A program made the position numbers and the translations under genes. DNA of 64,000 nucleotides from a virus (taxonomy: Duplodnaviria; Heunggongvirae; Uroviricota; Caudoviricetes): the IMG/VR virus record IMGVR_UViG_3300013307_000673; one strand, 5' to 3'. The stretch's first letter is position 1. Every line of letters begins with the position of its first letter. Shown piece by piece: positions 11,075-20,281 of this stretch. The notes below the pieces were generated by a model. That model did no database searches, was not told the origin of the DNA, and saw only the letters and a program-made list of their open reading frames with translations.

Positions 11075-11107
11075 TAGAAAAGAGGGCCGAAGCCCTCTTA
11101 TAGTTTT

Positions 11108-11683
11108 TTATTTACCAATCCGGGGAACGTCTTTGACTTCCTCAAACTCACCTTCGAAAACATTGCCTTGTTCAAGCTGCAGTTCGTTCTCATCAGATGT
11201 AAAGATATGACCATTTTTAGCATAAATAGTGCCTACATCTTCACGTTCTTCACCATACCATTCAACTTCGCCATTGATGGTAACACCCCAACGTTTCAGG
11301 AAATTGTCATTGATATATTTAATCCATTCAACATAGTCATAAAACTTCTCAGATCCATTCCATTTAATCTCCGCACCATCTTGAGAAGGCTCCCAAGCAC
11401 ACCACAGACCCGGCTGATTGAAAGGCGACTTGTTAGAATCAATAACAGAAGCATGTCGATTTTGACCAAAGTTTCCGTCTTTAGCACTAAAGACACAGTA
11501 TTCACCCTCATTGCCTACAGGCAAGCCAACTGCTTTACGCACCGCATCTGCTACATCGGCACATTTCTGCGCATCACGTTTAACTCGACGACTTTCAGAG
11601 AAAGCTTTAAGATATGCAACCTGATCGACATTCAGCGCTGGAGTCAACTTAAAAGAACCTTCGAAATCTGTAGTATAGCCCAT
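11108..11683 (-). CDS. hypothetical protein, tandem paralog 2
   Basis: MGYTTDFEGSFKLTPAL...WCAWEP...WIKYI. Confidence 0.85.
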   Translation of the reverse strand: MGYTTDFEGSFKLTPALNVDQVAYLKAFSESRRVKRDAQKCADVADAVRKAVGLPVGNEGEYCVFSAKDGNFGQNRHASVIDSNKSPFNQPGLWCAWEPSQDGAEIKWNGSEKFYDYVEWIKYINDNFLKRWGVTINGEVEWYGEEREDVGTIYAKNGHIFTSDENELQLEQGNVFEGEFEEVKDVPRIGK

Positions 11684-11834
11684 GATATAACCTCGTAGAT
11701 GTTTGTTTAATGAATACTTCTTAAAAGATGAGTCATTCTACCATGATGACTTATCCTGCACAACCTTTTTTATTAAGACTCAAAAAGAAAAACACGGCAT
11801 AAGCCGTGTCTTTAAGATGATCGGATAACCATGA

Positions 11835-12083
11835 TTACATTGCGAAAAAGCGACTCTTAGGTGCGTCTACAGGCTGATGAAGATGTGATGCTGACCACTC
11901 TTTCTGGACTTCTTCAGCTAACTCATTAACCAACTCGTTAGTCGGGTTTACACCTTCAGAACGATACGCTAAAACAATAGACTGGCGAACGTTCGCGTGG
12001 TAAGCACAAGCACTCATACCAGCTTCATGCGCAATCTTACGAATGTTTTCTTCTTGATTCTTGCGGGATGTAAACATAATCAC
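11835..12083 (-). CDS. hypothetical protein
   Basis: 82-aa ORF with GAGG RBS and terminator. Confidence 0.7.
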   Translation of the reverse strand: MIMFTSRKNQEENIRKIAHEAGMSACAYHANVRQSIVLAYRSEGVNPTNELVNELAEEVQKEWSASHLHQPVDAPKSRFFAM

Positions 12084-12287
12084 TTCCTCAGTATTTAGTG
12101 TATATTCATATTATAACAGGCCGCAAACACCCCCACAAGTTAAACAATGCGGTTTCTTTAGCAAAAAGTGTTATTTTTGTGTGATTGTGATGTTATTTTT
12201 ATGTGATGGCAAGCCATGCGAAAAAACTTGCGAACAAGAGCAAAAAAGACTATAATGACAACCTAAATCATAGAAAAGGTTCTCATC

Positions 12288-12656
12288 ATGTCAATCTTAA
12301 GTCTCCTTAAAAATATTTCTAATATTCGCATTAACATTGAATATAAAGAAACCGGAAAAACAGCAGACCATTCGGTTTCAAAGCGAATTCCTTTTTTAAA
12401 AGCCGAACCGAAACCAAAGTTAGCACAGACATTTGATGCGCAAGGCCAATGCTTACATGTTAATTACAAGATTGATAGTCATAGTAGTGAGACACGATAT
12501 TTTAACAATCATCAATATATTCACGATACGATTACTTATTGTTGTAAAGACTGCGGTAAGAAAAATCTTTCCGCTAGCGATATACCTTCAACAACTAGCA
12601 TGAGTTTCTCCAGTCCTATTTTTGAAGATGATCAATCTTCTTGGGGGATTCTGTAA
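12288..12656 (+). CDS. hypothetical protein with possible Zn ribbon
   Basis: CLH...CCKDCG; preceded by TATAAT. Confidence 0.65.
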   Translation: MSILSLLKNISNIRINIEYKETGKTADHSVSKRIPFLKAEPKPKLAQTFDAQGQCLHVNYKIDSHSSETRYFNNHQYIHDTITYCCKDCGKKNLSASDIPSTTSMSFSSPIFEDDQSSWGIL

Positions 12657-12702
12657 AATAAGATAAGCATAAAAAAGAGAGGCTTGCCTCTCTTTTTTTA
12701 TT

Positions 12703-13245
12703 TTAGTCTTTAACTTTTTTGGTTCCATCCAATAACGTCACTGGTTTTAAACCATCATCATGATTACTCGCAGTTATCGAAAGAATATAAGCAGCTTTAT
12801 CTAACTTGTTGACAAATGTTCCTAAGTTTGACTTCAATATTCCTTTATCGCCTATCAGATAAATCCTGCCATTTTCGAATACCAGCTCAGCATTCCCGAC
12901 GACAGGCCACCAGATGTCATCAGGATCTATATCAAAAGACATGCCATCCAGTTTAACTTCCTTGCCATTATTATCCTTATAGGTAGCAGTAAGCTTAAAT
13001 GCTCCTTCAGATGATAAAAAACGGGAATATTTTAACACAAAGTTCTTATAACGCTCAGAAGAAATAATCCAGACATGATCGCCATATCCTAATTGCTCTG
13101 TTATGTCAGTTTTAACACAATCACTATAACAGACTGAATGAAGGTTCTTATCAGCCTCACTTGAAGTATTCGAGGTGAAGCTTAAGACAAGAACTACTAT
13201 TAAAAATGCAACTAAGCCAAAAATAACCTTATTCTTTGTTTTCAT
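12703..13245 (-). CDS. membrane-anchored periplasmic protein
   Basis: N-terminal basic residues plus TM helix VIFGLVAFLIVVLVLSF. Confidence 0.75.
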   Translation of the reverse strand: MKTKNKVIFGLVAFLIVVLVLSFTSNTSSEADKNLHSVCYSDCVKTDITEQLGYGDHVWIISSERYKNFVLKYSRFLSSEGAFKLTATYKDNNGKEVKLDGMSFDIDPDDIWWPVVGNAELVFENGRIYLIGDKGILKSNLGTFVNKLDKAAYILSITASNHDDGLKPVTLLDGTKKVKD

Positions 13246-13340
13246 TTTGAGTCCTGTAATTAGGGATATGGTAGGCTATTATATCAACAAAGAGGATTGA
13301 AAGAAAGGAAAAAATAAAGCCCCAACTAGGGGGCTTAAAA

Positions 13341-13505
13341 GATTTAGGCTCTATATGGGCAACAGGCTCCGATTTTCATCATAAGCATCTCCTATCATTC
13401 CATCGCCCTTCGGACATATGGTGATATCGGCGTGTCGGACTTAAGTTGCCTTTCTCCTATGGCACTCCCAACGCAATCTCGCTTACTCGCGTAGAGCACT
13501 AAATC
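13341..13505 (-). ncRNA. candidate ~165-nt structured RNA
   Basis: Ends pair as GATTTAG/CTAAATC plus GCTCTA/TAGAGC with a 1-nt bulge; inner GGCAAC/GTTGCC and TCCGA/TCGGA helices; followed by terminator 13317-13338. Confidence 0.55.
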
Positions 13506-13643
13506 AAAAAAAAGAGGAACCGAAAGGGCATCACGCACATCTTCTCTCTTTTTCAAAGTTACAGCGTCAGCGTAAATATTAATAAAAGCAGTAAAAACAA
13601 CCATCTCAATACAATCTAAATATACAATTTACGAGTATAGAGA

Positions 13644-14006
13644 TCAACTATTTTTTCCATGAATCTTACATTTTTCATTGATTATCTTATAACCTGAACC
13701 TCTACGCTCTGCGTTATCAAGCTTAGGACAATCACACTGAGGAACCTTATACCATAGATGCATATTCGCATCTTTCTCAAAGCCCCACGCTTCCTGAAGC
13801 GCGAACTCACACTCTTCTGCTTCACTGGCTAAACTTTTCAATGAAGCCACATCATTCTCAACCTTCATTTTATCAAAAATATCCAGACGCTTAACGTGAA
13901 GCGATTTGATTTTTTCAACATCCGCCTCAGACAGCCCTTGCTTCTCAACAAAGGCCTTATTGAGATTAAAGGCTGGTTTGCCATTATGAATCACTGTTAA
14001 ATCCAT
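13644..14006 (-). CDS. conserved phage hypothetical protein
   Basis: LQEAWGF..D..H.W..VP.C.CPK.DN motif. Confidence 0.8.
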   Translation of the reverse strand: MDLTVIHNGKPAFNLNKAFVEKQGLSEADVEKIKSLHVKRLDIFDKMKVENDVASLKSLASEAEECEFALQEAWGFEKDANMHLWYKVPQCDCPKLDNAERRGSGYKIINEKCKIHGKNS

Positions 14007-14241
14007 CTTTTACCTCTCTTAAAAGCAAATACCAGCAGGGGCTAGGCCGTGTGCTGGTATTCTTTGGGTGTTAAGGACGCATGGCAAGCCAGAGGGGAGC
14101 CTTAACTACTTAAAATATTTGGGCATATTCTATGCCCTTGCGAAGGTGGAACAAAGAGTTCTACTACCCGTAGAGCCTATGGCGCAGGTGGTAATCATCA
14201 CCTGTCTTCTTTGCTCAGTCTCAAGGCTTTCACCATTGACT

Positions 14242-14397
14242 TGGCTTCGAGAGCAGGACTCGAACCTGCGCCCTTATAAAGGAAGAGCAACCATTTCCCG
14301 ATAAAGAAGCCTTAACTCTTATTCCCGAAGGAAGGATAAGGCCATTTTAAGGCATAAGCATAGCTTCTTACGTTTTAACACTGAACTACGCCGACCT
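14242..14397 (-). ncRNA. tRNA-like RNA with expanded interior and degenerate acceptor
   Basis: T-arm GCAGG-TTCGAGT-CCTGC, 3' CCA, D-arm GTTC-AGTGTTA-AAAC, cUUCGg hairpin inside; promoter TTGCAA-N17-TATACT puts +1 near 14397. Confidence 0.7.
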
Positions 14398-14436
14398 GAA
14401 ACCAGTATACTTAACTTGTTTATCCATTGCAACTGA

Positions 14437-14868
14437 TCAAACTACTTTTTCTGCCATAACCTCAAAATCGATAATGTCCGTAAAGTTTTTTCCTTGACGG
14501 CACTCGAATGCGATCATCTCAGGAATTTTAACGCCACGAATCTCATATGATCCGCCAGTCTTGAAAAAATCACGATTCACAATGGCTTGCGCATCTTCGA
14601 TATATGCCCATGATTTATCGGACTTCTGATTTTGATAGTTATTATCATTCTCAAAAAACTTATCAATCTCATCTATGGTGCAGGTCTTGAGATTTAAATG
14701 TCGCTTGTTAGAGACCCCTTCAAGGCTGATATTTTTAGGATTAATAAAATAACCTTCAAAAATACGGTCAGGCAGCTCATATTCTTCTACAGAGCGTTTC
14801 TTAACCTTATCAACTATCATAACACCACGATCTTTAATCATCACAAAAGAAAACTTTCCAATACGCAT
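14437..14868 (-). CDS. hypothetical protein
   Basis: 143-aa ORF, GGAG RBS. Confidence 0.8.
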   Translation of the reverse strand: MRIGKFSFVMIKDRGVMIVDKVKKRSVEEYELPDRIFEGYFINPKNISLEGVSNKRHLNLKTCTIDEIDKFFENDNNYQNQKSDKSWAYIEDAQAIVNRDFFKTGGSYEIRGVKIPEMIAFECRQGKNFTDIIDFEVMAEKVV

Positions 14869-14928
14869 AGCTTCTCTCCGATTATTTTACAACCACAAGC
14901 TTATCATGAGTTCTGATTTGCACAAGTG

Positions 14929-15057
14929 TTATTTGAGGTTAAGAAGCATCTTACCTAAGTTATAACGAGAAAGCGCCATGACATCAATCGCATGAGCTTT
15001 ACGTTTAGCCTCTACTTGAGCTTGAACGACTACTTTTTGTTGTTCCTGAGTTAACAT
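14929..15057 (-). CDS. small protein (42 aa, MLTQEQQKVVVQAQ...)
   Basis: Below ORF-track cutoff; GAGGT RBS and helical composition. Confidence 0.5.
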   Translation of the reverse strand: MLTQEQQKVVVQAQVEAKRKAHAIDVMALSRYNLGKMLLNLK

Positions 15058-15491
15058 ATAACACCTCTTTTTTATGGGCTTCATTTCACCTGCTATAGCA
15101 GGTAGTTTTGATTCTACACGCTACAGCCATTAAAAAAGGAGCATGTCGTTAACAAGCTCCTTCTCTTTTTATTTTTCTTTTGGAAACATTTTTTTGTTGT
15201 TGAAAACAACAGCGAACAGTGCCGCGATCACAAGTACAATCATCATCAGGACTCCTACAAAAAGATAAAAGAAAACCGACCCTTTAAAACTTAATGGGAC
15301 AAGCTTCTACTTCGTTTTCGTAGTTCCTGTGAGCGCATGATAGATCCTCATGATTAGTTAAAAATACCTTATAAACTGATTATAACAACAGAGCTTGTTC
15401 AGTGCAACATTTTCTTTAAAAAAATATTTACCGCTTTTCTTTCTGGCTCAGTATGTTAAAATAATAACTTAAACGACAAGAGGAGATTTCC

Positions 15492-16079
15492 ATGAGCAAT
15501 AACACGGTTGGTATCGTCTTAATGGACGAAAAAGATAAAAACATGTCTGAGATTATTAATAAAGTTAAAGTTGCGCTTGATGATTTCTATCAAGAAAAGC
15601 TTCAGGCTTCGATCAATGCGCTGCCTAATGTAGACGCAACTTTCAAAGATCTTTCTTCTTACGCTCAGAAAGAGTTCAAAGAACCAGTTATTGATTTTCG
15701 TTCTCCTGATGACTCTTCCGCCTATGCAAGACTGAGCTTTATTTCTACACCTGGCTTTGCCGGAACGGATAGAACGGTAACTATTCATACTCGTAGCTTT
15801 ATTGATGATGTTAAGGATTATCTCGATACTGACAAAGAGCTTCCAAGCATTTTGTTTAGCATGGGCAATAACAAAAATGGACACGCCATTATTGAAAGAA
15901 TCCTTGAGCAGTTTGGTGATGAGCATCCTTCTTACATGGTAAAAGAAGAAGGAGTACCTAATCAAAAAACTCCCGGAAACCTTACCAAAATCGGCAGTGC
16001 TCCCGAAATAACTCCTATTCAGCTTTCTCCCGCAGAGCCTGAAGAAGAACCTGTTCAGCGCCCAAGACGTAAAATGTAA
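15492..16079 (+). CDS. hypothetical protein
   Basis: 195 aa, GAGGAG RBS, Pro/Arg-rich tail. Confidence 0.85.
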   Translation: MSNNTVGIVLMDEKDKNMSEIINKVKVALDDFYQEKLQASINALPNVDATFKDLSSYAQKEFKEPVIDFRSPDDSSAYARLSFISTPGFAGTDRTVTIHTRSFIDDVKDYLDTDKELPSILFSMGNNKNGHAIIERILEQFGDEHPSYMVKEEGVPNQKTPGNLTKIGSAPEITPIQLSPAEPEEEPVQRPRRKM

Positions 16080-16127
16080 TATTTACTATCAAGGCTGCTT
16101 CGGCAGCCTTTTTAAAAAGGAAAAATA

Positions 16128-16703
16128 ATGAGCAAACGACCTCAAGATATGACCTCAGATGAACTCGAAGAAGCCTCTTATCATGAGCTGCCTCTGAGTC
16201 GTGTTAAGAAACTCGCAGATCCCTTCGGATGCTGGATGGAACTTAAATCTCCCATTACACACCAAGAAGTTCTCGACTGCCTTAAAAATAATCAGGAACA
16301 ACTTACAGATACTCCTTTAGCGTTAGATGCCATGATGGACTCAAAAGGAGCATTTGATGCTGATGAAGCTCGCCAAAAACATATTCAGAAAATAGCTTAT
16401 TTTGTTAAAAATGGTTTTGATGACCCGATTGATATTGACGTGGGCGTTCCGAGCATGAACTGCTATATTTCTCATATGATTGAGGATGGCAATCACCGCT
16501 TAGCTGCTGCTATCATACGCAAAGATAAAACCATTAAATGCTCTATCATGGGCGAAGGCGAATACGCAATAGAACTTGGCTTGTGGAATCCTAATGAGTA
16601 TCTTAATGAATTGGTCAGACGCTATGATGATGATATTGAGCAAGTCGCTCAAGATTTTGATCAGCCTGAGAAACAATCAGTATCTCGTAAGCCTTCTCCT
16701 TAA
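16128..16703 (+). CDS. ParB/Srx-like nuclease-domain protein
   Basis: PIDIDV...IEDGNHRLAAAI motif of ParB-N fold. Confidence 0.75.
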   Translation: MSKRPQDMTSDELEEASYHELPLSRVKKLADPFGCWMELKSPITHQEVLDCLKNNQEQLTDTPLALDAMMDSKGAFDADEARQKHIQKIAYFVKNGFDDPIDIDVGVPSMNCYISHMIEDGNHRLAAAIIRKDKTIKCSIMGEGEYAIELGLWNPNEYLNELVRRYDDDIEQVAQDFDQPEKQSVSRKPSP

Positions 16704-16739
16704 TGTAAAATGGCCCTTATGGGCCACTTTAAGCTTATT

Positions 16740-17153
16740 TTACTCTTCATCTTTTACAACTTTGTATCCCATCTCAGTGGCTCTTTGATGAAGTAGCGCC
16801 ATAAAATCATCTATGTCAACATCATCACCGAAAGTAGGCCATTGGACGCCCATCAAAAAAGAACTTATCATATCGCAAAGATCCTCAGCATTCCCTTGAC
16901 CCTCAACGCCATAAACAGCCATTCTCACTCTAACAAAAGGAAAGAAAGATAGTATATTTATAAGTTGATCTTCAGTTAATGAAATATCTATATATGACTC
17001 AATAGAGATCAGAGCTTTTTTATAATCTTTTTCTTTAATCGGTTTATCTTTATTTTTCTGATAAAAAACTACACTTTCTTTATGCCTTTGGGCAAGCCCA
17101 TATTCAACGCCATCTTTAAAGTTTTTATAAGAACTTGCTGGTGCGATATACAT
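16740..17153 (-). CDS. hypothetical protein
   Basis: 137-aa ORF. Confidence 0.75.
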   Translation of the reverse strand: MYIAPASSYKNFKDGVEYGLAQRHKESVVFYQKNKDKPIKEKDYKKALISIESYIDISLTEDQLINILSFFPFVRVRMAVYGVEGQGNAEDLCDMISSFLMGVQWPTFGDDVDIDDFMALLHQRATEMGYKVVKDEE

Positions 17154-17154
17154 T

Positions 17155-17502
17155 TTAATAATCCTCTTTTAATAAAATCGCGTTAATCTCATCTGCTGTT
17201 ATATCATCATGGAGAAATATAACTTCCACAGCACTATCTGCAGGGACGGCATCAGCAACGGACTGCGTATCAGTAATCAAATAACGCAAACCTGTTAGGC
17301 CTTCATATTTTTTCGTTACCGCCTCCGCCTCACCAAATCCTATCATCTTTATGATATTTTCTCTTTTCTTAACCACGCAAAATATAGCAGAACATGTTTC
17401 AAGATCTTCTGGTAAACATCCGCCATACATCATCACAGGCTTATGTTTTAAAGCTTTTTCCATTCTTTTACGCCAGTTGTCGTCCAAAATAATATTGCTC
17501 AT
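17155..17502 (-). CDS. hypothetical protein
   Basis: 115-aa ORF, GGAG RBS. Confidence 0.75.
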   Translation of the reverse strand: MSNIILDDNWRKRMEKALKHKPVMMYGGCLPEDLETCSAIFCVVKKRENIIKMIGFGEAEAVTKKYEGLTGLRYLITDTQSVADAVPADSAVEVIFLHDDITADEINAILLKEDY

Positions 17503-17598
17503 TTACTCTCCCGTGACTTTAACTTATTCGATTATACACCATAGTTTTTTATTAACAAAAAAAAGAGAGGTCGCCCTCTCTTTTTCAGCTATTTCGGA

Positions 17599-19719
17599 TT
17601 AAATCCATTCCGCGTTGATTTCAGGGAAATCATACACATCAAGATCACCTTCGCCCAACCCTACTACAAAGTCAGCGTCTTCCTTATCAAACACCTGAGT
17701 TTCCCCAGCCGCTTCGATATGAAGTTCAACTAACTCCTTCATAGTGATCTTTGTGTGCTTCATTTTCAGATACGCACGAAGCATATCCGTAGATGAGGCA
17801 ATGTTGTTGTTCAGATTGTTCACGGCTGATCCATATCCGTATGACGCATATCCTGAACCCGGAAGCACAGAATCCAGCCAAATAACTTCTCTCGTTTTCA
17901 GATCGAAGAAACAAGGAACAACTGTTGATCCATCACGTGTGATATCAAACTTCCCTCTCACGGTAGATGGCTCAAAAATCTCACCTGAGTCCATGCTCTC
18001 CCTTAACATAAAGCCAGCAAAGCTCTCTTCATGCTTCAGGAATGATGGCCCACGGTAAACACGCACATCCATTGCTGCATAACGCATTCCACTCTCAAGC
18101 GCATGTTTGATATCAATATCAATGAACTCACTCGCACCATGTGGAGCTGGCGCATACGTCTGATCACCAGAATGACGAGCATAGTTATTACGTAGTCCGT
18201 AATAAGCGATCTGGTCAAACTTAGTCAGATCTTCATTGATAAAGAATCCACTCAGATCCTGATCATCACCAATCCAGTGAATAAACATTCTCAGAATGTT
18301 TTTCTCAACATCTTCTGGAATCAAATCCAAAGGCACACGTGATCCACGTGCAACCGTCTTCTTATCCTCAGTGATAGACGCTAACTGAGCCGGAAGCAGC
18401 ACAGAGTAAGCCTCTGGCGCAATAAATACTTTCTTATCCTTAAGCAACGCCTTATCAGCAAACTGCTTGACCACCTCAGCTCTGATAACCGCTTTGATTC
18501 TCTCAACCACGCTTTCATCCAGCGTCTTCAATGAAGGCGCAAGCAATGCTTTACCTTTGCTTCCTGCAGTGAATACCACACGGTTTCCAGACTCGTTCAG
18601 AGAACGCCCCTTGAAGTGTCCCAGCACCTGAAGCAATACTTTCGTATCAACTTTCTCGGCTACTTTCGCAAACTCAGATACCACCCAACCCGCAGTTTTC
18701 GCATCGGAATCTCTCAGAAGCTTATCCAGCGCACGCGCAAAGACAGATGGCTTATTCACCAACTTAAGGACAGCAGCTTTCACATCGCCAGACTTAATAG
18801 CTTCCGCTACCACTGTCTCTGATGTTAAAACGTTTTTCTCGTTTCTGAAACGTGCCGCCACCTCAGCCACTTTACCGCCGAACTCACCTACATGAAGAGA
18901 ATGGAACGCTCTTTTCCACAATGCCTCGTATGCTTTCACATCAGAGATATTGATAACATCTTCCAGTGCTGATACCAAAGCACGACGCGTTTTACGGCTC
19001 AGCGATTTGAAACGCACTTTCTCTTTCAGCTCAATATCTGCATTAGACAAGGAAGCCATTACACGCAATACATCAGTCGTCGTCGAAACAACGCCATTGA
19101 TTGGCTCACCTGCTTTGATTAATGCTGTTGCAACGCGGCACAGCGTTTCTTTGAAAGGAATCTCTCCCTGATACTCAGCAGCCCAACCCTCAGCGATCCC
19201 CATATCCACAAACTCCACCAAAGACTCTGGCAGGCTGTTTTTAGACGCAAGTAGCTTAAAGAAGTATGCTTTCACATCTTCCATAGAGATAAGCCCTATC
19301 GTAGTCTTAGGATGCTCCTCTTTCAATGCTGGACGCTTAGCTTCCACGTATTCTGGTGTCCACTGACCAAATGACCAGTAGTGCAGAATAGCATTGATAT
19401 AAAGCTCAGCATCAGACGCTTCCATCACCTGACGTGGGAAGTTAGGATAGAACGCCTTCATCTTAACATGCGCACCTACACTCTCTTTCGCAAGCGTAAG
19501 AATAGACTGACAAGCTTTTACCGCATCTGATTCCTCAAGGGATGACAGGTGCTGATACAGCTCTTTTGACACAAGGAAACCAAAGTTATGCATCTCGTTA
19601 ATAAACGTGATAACATTCAGATTGAAAACACCCTCTTCTGATTTACGCGCAGAGCCATCTTCTACAACAACAGCAGACAGTTTGTTAAAAGCGATTTTGT
19701 TTACTAAGTTCATGTTCAT
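17599..19719 (-). CDS. large helical protein with C-terminal TerD domain (possible ROT/TROVE-TerD fusion)
   Basis: C-terminal DxDLS...HSGD...GASEFIDIDI TerD signature; N-terminal ~450 aa helical with TTTDVLR and WKR..HxGE segments. Confidence 0.75.
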   Translation of the reverse strand: MNMNLVNKIAFNKLSAVVVEDGSARKSEEGVFNLNVITFINEMHNFGFLVSKELYQHLSSLEESDAVKACQSILTLAKESVGAHVKMKAFYPNFPRQVMEASDAELYINAILHYWSFGQWTPEYVEAKRPALKEEHPKTTIGLISMEDVKAYFFKLLASKNSLPESLVEFVDMGIAEGWAAEYQGEIPFKETLCRVATALIKAGEPINGVVSTTTDVLRVMASLSNADIELKEKVRFKSLSRKTRRALVSALEDVINISDVKAYEALWKRAFHSLHVGEFGGKVAEVAARFRNEKNVLTSETVVAEAIKSGDVKAAVLKLVNKPSVFARALDKLLRDSDAKTAGWVVSEFAKVAEKVDTKVLLQVLGHFKGRSLNESGNRVVFTAGSKGKALLAPSLKTLDESVVERIKAVIRAEVVKQFADKALLKDKKVFIAPEAYSVLLPAQLASITEDKKTVARGSRVPLDLIPEDVEKNILRMFIHWIGDDQDLSGFFINEDLTKFDQIAYYGLRNNYARHSGDQTYAPAPHGASEFIDIDIKHALESGMRYAAMDVRVYRGPSFLKHEESFAGFMLRESMDSGEIFEPSTVRGKFDITRDGSTVVPCFFDLKTREVIWLDSVLPGSGYASYGYGSAVNNLNNNIASSTDMLRAYLKMKHTKITMKELVELHIEAAGETQVFDKEDADFVVGLGEGDLDVYDFPEINAEWI

Positions 19720-19785
19720 AGTGATTTCCTCTTAAATTTGTTGGGTAGTATAGCAGGAGGAAGCCCTCCTGCATAGCATGTTTTA

Positions 19786-20076
19786 TCAGAACAACCGATT
19801 AATAACTTCGTCTTCCGAGACATCTTTTAATGGATTAGCCTCTCTGATCGCAGCTAACTGCTCATCAGTGAGTGGGCCATCATCTGGCTCATACCACGGC
19901 TCATCTTTTCCATAAGTTCCGTTTTCAATCTGTGTAAATAAGCACTCAGTGAAACTTTCCTCTGGTATATTTGTGGCACTACTATTTGCTCTTATCCATT
20001 CAATCTGCTCTGGAGTTAACGGACCATCGTCTGGCTCATAACACGCTTCTTGTTTACTACTAATTTCATTTTTCAT
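19786..20076 (-). CDS. small acidic protein with two YEPDDGPLTxEQ modules
   Basis: Internal duplication visible at DNA and protein level. Confidence 0.75.
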   Translation of the reverse strand: MKNEISSKQEACYEPDDGPLTPEQIEWIRANSSATNIPEESFTECLFTQIENGTYGKDEPWYEPDDGPLTDEQLAAIREANPLKDVSEDEVINRLF

Positions 20077-20108
20077 ATACTTCTCCCGTTTTACGTTTAA
20101 CTTAAACT

Positions 20109-20237
20109 TTATTCGTAAATCTTTTTAAAACGCTCATCGGGAATATCTTTTGCCGGACTGTTTTCTCTTAACCATGCTATTTAGGCATCGGTTAAATCCT
20201 GATCATCTGGCTCATAACTATACATATTATTGTTCAT
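20109..20237 (-). pseudogene. third YEPDD module interrupted by in-frame TAA
   Basis: AAGGAG RBS; MNNNMYSYEPDDQDLTDA*IAWLRENSPAKDIPDERFKKIYE; TAA (20181-20183) aligns with Gln of the paralog modules. Confidence 0.65.
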
Positions 20238-20281
20238 TAGTTTCTCCTTTAATGAATCTCATCAAAACTACGAAGAAAAAA

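Noticed and set aside
15120-15351. Amber read-through at 15307-15309 joining a short ORF to a membrane peptide
   Set aside because: The downstream peptide has its own AGGAG RBS and ATG, and the upstream ATG has a poor RBS, so read-through is unnecessary
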